Of a DNA stretch of 64,000 nt, positions 59,379 through 64,000 are shown in pieces. The position numbers and the translations under genes were made by a program. The stretch's first letter is position 1, and every line of letters starts with the position of its first letter. Below the pieces are notes generated by a model. That model saw nothing but the letters and a program-made list of their open reading frames with translations. It had not been told where the DNA came from and ran no database searches. Origin of the DNA: an uncultured bacterium (lineage in GTDB: Bacteria; Planctomycetota; SZUA-567; JAKLDR01); contig CBDUSI010000006.1 in NCBI GenBank assembly GCA_965370045.1, positions 3,968 to 67,967 of the forward strand. Direction: 5' to 3'.

Positions 59379-61963
59379 CCTCCGCCCTCCCCTCGCGCTT
59401 CTTCTCTCTCCGGAGCTGGCGCGTCGGCCGGCTCCATGAACTCCAGCTCCAGGCCGGCGAGAACGTGCTCCGTGAAATCCTGGCGGCCCATCAGCTGACA
59501 GGCGTCCAGAAGCCGCTTGGCCTTCTCCAGCCGGCCGCGGGCCAGCTCGGCGGCGCCGAGGTAGTAGAAGCTCTCGCAGAGAGCGCCCAGGTCCCCGGCC
59601 TCCGCCAGGACCTCGAGCTCGGAGACCTCACCCCGGCAGAAGCGCGCCGCAGCACGCAGGTGGGGCTTCTCCTTCTTGTCGGCGGCCAGCTTGCCCAGCA
59701 CTTCATCGGCCTCCGCCTCGCGTCCGCTCTCGACCAGCAGCCGCCAGAGGAGCAGCCCGGTGTAAAGCCGCTTGCCGGCGGGCCGCGCTCCCAAGTCGGC
59801 CCGCCAGGTTTCCTCGGCACCTTTGAGGTCGCTGGCGTAATACGCGGCCAGGCCGCTGCGCCGGCGGACCACGTGTCGACTCCCGGGAGGCGTACGCGCG
59901 AGCGCCTCGCCGTAGAGTTCGGTGGCCTTGCCGAACTCCCCGGCGCGCAGTTCCAGAAAGGCCCGCCGCCGATAGGGAATGGGGTTCCCGGTGGCCAGCC
60001 CGGTGGCCGTGACGTAATCTTCGCGGGCCTCCTCGATCTGACCGAGCCGCTCGTAGACCGCACCGCGCCCCAGATAGACCCAGACGTACCCCGGGCTTCT
60101 TCGCTGCGCGCGGTTGAAATCGTCCAGCGCGCCCGCCAGGTAGCCCCGGCGCGTGCGCAGTTCACCCCGCAGCGTCAGCGCGTAGAGGTAATTGCGATCC
60201 AGTTTCAGGGCGACGTCCAGGTCCCGCTCGGCCTCGGCGACGCGGCCGAGGTCGGTCAGCGCCAGGGCCCGGTTGCTCAGGGCGGTGACGTTGGCGGGGG
60301 AGAGAACCAGGTAGCGGTCGTACTCGGCGACCGCCTTGGCGGCATCGGCCAGCGGAGACCGGCGGCTGCTGTAAACATAGCCGCGCAGATTGTGGACCTC
60401 CGCCAGGTGCGGGCCCACCCGCTCCGCGCGATCCGCCAGCCGCAAGGCCTCCTGCCACTTTCCGGCCACCGTGGCCAGCCAGCCCTCGCCCAGCAGGGAA
60501 TACTCGTTATCGGGATCGACCTCGCGCATGGCCAGGAACTGCTCGCCGGCCTTCTCGAAGGCCTTCTCGAAATCGCGGCGGTGCTCCATGTAGATTTTGC
60601 CCGCGTGGTAGCGGGCCATAATCAGCGAGGGGTCCAGCCGGGCGGCCTTCAGTAAGTCCGTCAACGCCTCCTCGAACCGGCCCAGCGACTGCCGGCAACG
60701 GCCCCGCGCGTAATAGGCATCGGCGAAGCCGGGGTCGATTTCAAGAGCCCTCTTGAACTGCCCCTCGGCCGCGCGGCGGTTAGGGCGCGCGCGCAGGGCC
60801 AGCTCCCAGCCCTTGTCGAAGGGCACCCGGGCCCTGGCCCGCAGGCGGTGGGCGGCCGCCAGGCGGCGGCGGTCGTCGCGGTTGAGCTTCTCCTTCCACA
60901 GGAAGGCGCCGCTGACGGTCGCCAGCAGCAGCGCGAGGGCCGCGTAGGCCAGCGCCCTGCGGTGACGGCCGGCCCACTTGACGGCCTGCTCAGGCCAGGG
61001 AGCCTGCCGGGCGCTGACCGGGCGGCCGTCGAGGGCGGCCTCCACGTCGGCGGCCATGTCGCGGACCCTGCGATATCGCTTGTTGCGATCGAGCTCGCAG
61101 GCCTTGTCGACCACCGCGGCGAGGTCGGGGTCCAGGTCTCGGGCGCGCTCGCCCAGCGGCACCCGTCGCAGGCGGGCCAGCGCGGCGCGGTAGTTCTCGG
61201 TGGTGGATATGTCGGCGTCGTAGGGCAGCGCCCCGCCGGAGAGCATGCGGTACATAGTAACGCCCAGGGAGTAAACATCCGCGCGCTCGTCGGGGCTCAG
61301 GCCGTCGAGGAGCTCCGGGGCCATGTAGGGCGGCGTGCCCCCCACCGGGGCCACCGAGTCGGTGATCCGCCGGGCCAGGCCCCAGTCCATCACGAAGACC
61401 TCGCCGAAATCGCCGACGCGGACGTTGGCCGGCTTGAGATCAAGATGCAGCACGCCCCGGGAGTGAGCGTAGCTGATGGCTCCGGCCAGCTGCAGGAAGA
61501 CGCGCAGTCGCGCGGCGCGGCCGGAAAGGCCGGAGAGCACGCCGCTGGCCACCCCGGTGGGCCGCTCGCAGGCCCGCAGGGCCTCCTCCAGGCTGCGGCC
61601 CGGCGCCCGGCGCATGAGCAGCAGCGGGGCGCCGTCCGGCGCCTCGGCCAGGTCGTAGATGGGCAGAATGTTGGGATGTTCGAGCGCGGCGGCCAGCTTG
61701 GCCTCGCGCTCCAGGAGCTTCTCGGCCCCGGGCAGGCCCTTGCGAGGCACCTTGGCGGCGATCTCCCGCTCCAGCCTCCGGTCGCGAACGGCCAGGACCA
61801 CCCCCTGCCCGCCCTCGCCCAGGAGGCCGCGCACCTCGTAGCGCTCACCCATGGCCACGGGAAGTTCCTCCGGCGAGATGCCGGTGGGCGCCGGCGAGAG
61901 CAGGTCCGCCAAAGCGTCGGGCGGCAGGCCGTCGGCGGGATCGGGCTTCGTTTCGGGAGACAT
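59375..61963 (-). CDS. Ser/Thr protein kinase, TM helix, multiple TPR repeats
   Basis: GEGGQGVVLAV..AAKV..VLHLDLKPANV..VMDWGLA..GTPPYMAPE. TM ALAYAALALLLATVSGAFLW. About 10 TPR-like units. Confidence 0.92.
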   Translation of the reverse strand: MSPETKPDPADGLPPDALADLLSPAPTGISPEELPVAMGERYEVRGLLGEGGQGVVLAVRDRRLEREIAAKVPRKGLPGAEKLLEREAKLAAALEHPNILPIYDLAEAPDGAPLLLMRRAPGRSLEEALRACERPTGVASGVLSGLSGRAARLRVFLQLAGAISYAHSRGVLHLDLKPANVRVGDFGEVFVMDWGLARRITDSVAPVGGTPPYMAPELLDGLSPDERADVYSLGVTMYRMLSGGALPYDADISTTENYRAALARLRRVPLGERARDLDPDLAAVVDKACELDRNKRYRRVRDMAADVEAALDGRPVSARQAPWPEQAVKWAGRHRRALAYAALALLLATVSGAFLWKEKLNRDDRRRLAAAHRLRARARVPFDKGWELALRARPNRRAAEGQFKRALEIDPGFADAYYARGRCRQSLGRFEEALTDLLKAARLDPSLIMARYHAGKIYMEHRRDFEKAFEKAGEQFLAMREVDPDNEYSLLGEGWLATVAGKWQEALRLADRAERVGPHLAEVHNLRGYVYSSRRSPLADAAKAVAEYDRYLVLSPANVTALSNRALALTDLGRVAEAERDLDVALKLDRNYLYALTLRGELRTRRGYLAGALDDFNRAQRRSPGYVWVYLGRGAVYERLGQIEEAREDYVTATGLATGNPIPYRRRAFLELRAGEFGKATELYGEALARTPPGSRHVVRRRSGLAAYYASDLKGAEETWRADLGARPAGKRLYTGLLLWRLLVESGREAEADEVLGKLAADKKEKPHLRAAARFCRGEVSELEVLAEAGDLGALCESFYYLGAAELARGRLEKAKRLLDACQLMGRQDFTEHVLAGLELEFMEPADAPAPEREEARGEGGG

Positions 61964-62070
61964 TGCGAAGTCAATTTAGCCTCGCCCCCCGGCGAGGGCA
62001 AGGGAAAAGCAGGTCGCTCTGCGGGAGCATCTTGCCTCGGCGGCCCCTGGCACTTAGAATAGCGGCGCCC

Positions 62071-64000
<1,930 letters not shown>

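Overview
High-GC, gene-dense bacterial chromosomal window. I saw no rRNA, tRNA or CRISPR array. The ORF track opens ORFs at the first ATG/GTG/TTG and lists only ORFs with an in-window stop. Many starts were therefore moved to SD-supported internal starts, and the two edge genes (a kinase at the left edge, glgP at the right) were read by hand. Many long track ORFs are antisense shadows of real genes. Backbone genes are: STK-TPR, rpiB, a tsaC-LMW-phosphatase fusion, purD, an IMP-cyclohydrolase-only purH, purM, an HDOD protein, rsmB, truD and a tightly coupled membrane-lipid/glycosyl operon; a HEAT/TPR-DUF-PqqD-like operon; OmpA-like, lon, a pseudaminic-acid-type nonulosonic acid cluster, Asp23 proteins, a CPBP protease, ilvC, an ECF sigma/Pcp/STK-TPR trio and glgP. 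Main finding: about 15.4 kb (23653-39105) of tightly packed, SD-preceded, mostly unrecognisable genes. They include beta-rich proteins, many membrane proteins, a LamG-like fibre, a transglutaminase-like protease, Dcm and ASCH. The block is bounded on the right by a 28-bp site with 11-6-11 dif architecture (AGGTCCGATAA-TATATG-TTATGTTGCAC). On the left is a copy identical through the left arm and central region but degenerate in the right arm. No integrase, terminase, portal or P-loop ATPase is recognisable. I interpret it as an integrase-less virus-like element that exploits host XerC/D (an IMEX) with gene content unlike known IMEXs. This would also place the chromosomal dif/terminus in the window. 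Other accessory signals: a low-GC divergent HEPN(Rx4H)/discoidin-like membrane pair; two MITE-like TIR elements, one in-frame inside a CDS; a 747-bp low-GC insertion flanked by a 99-bp duplication of a gene 3' end; a frameshifted GNAT. All functional calls rest on motif recognition by eye and need HMM or structure confirmation.
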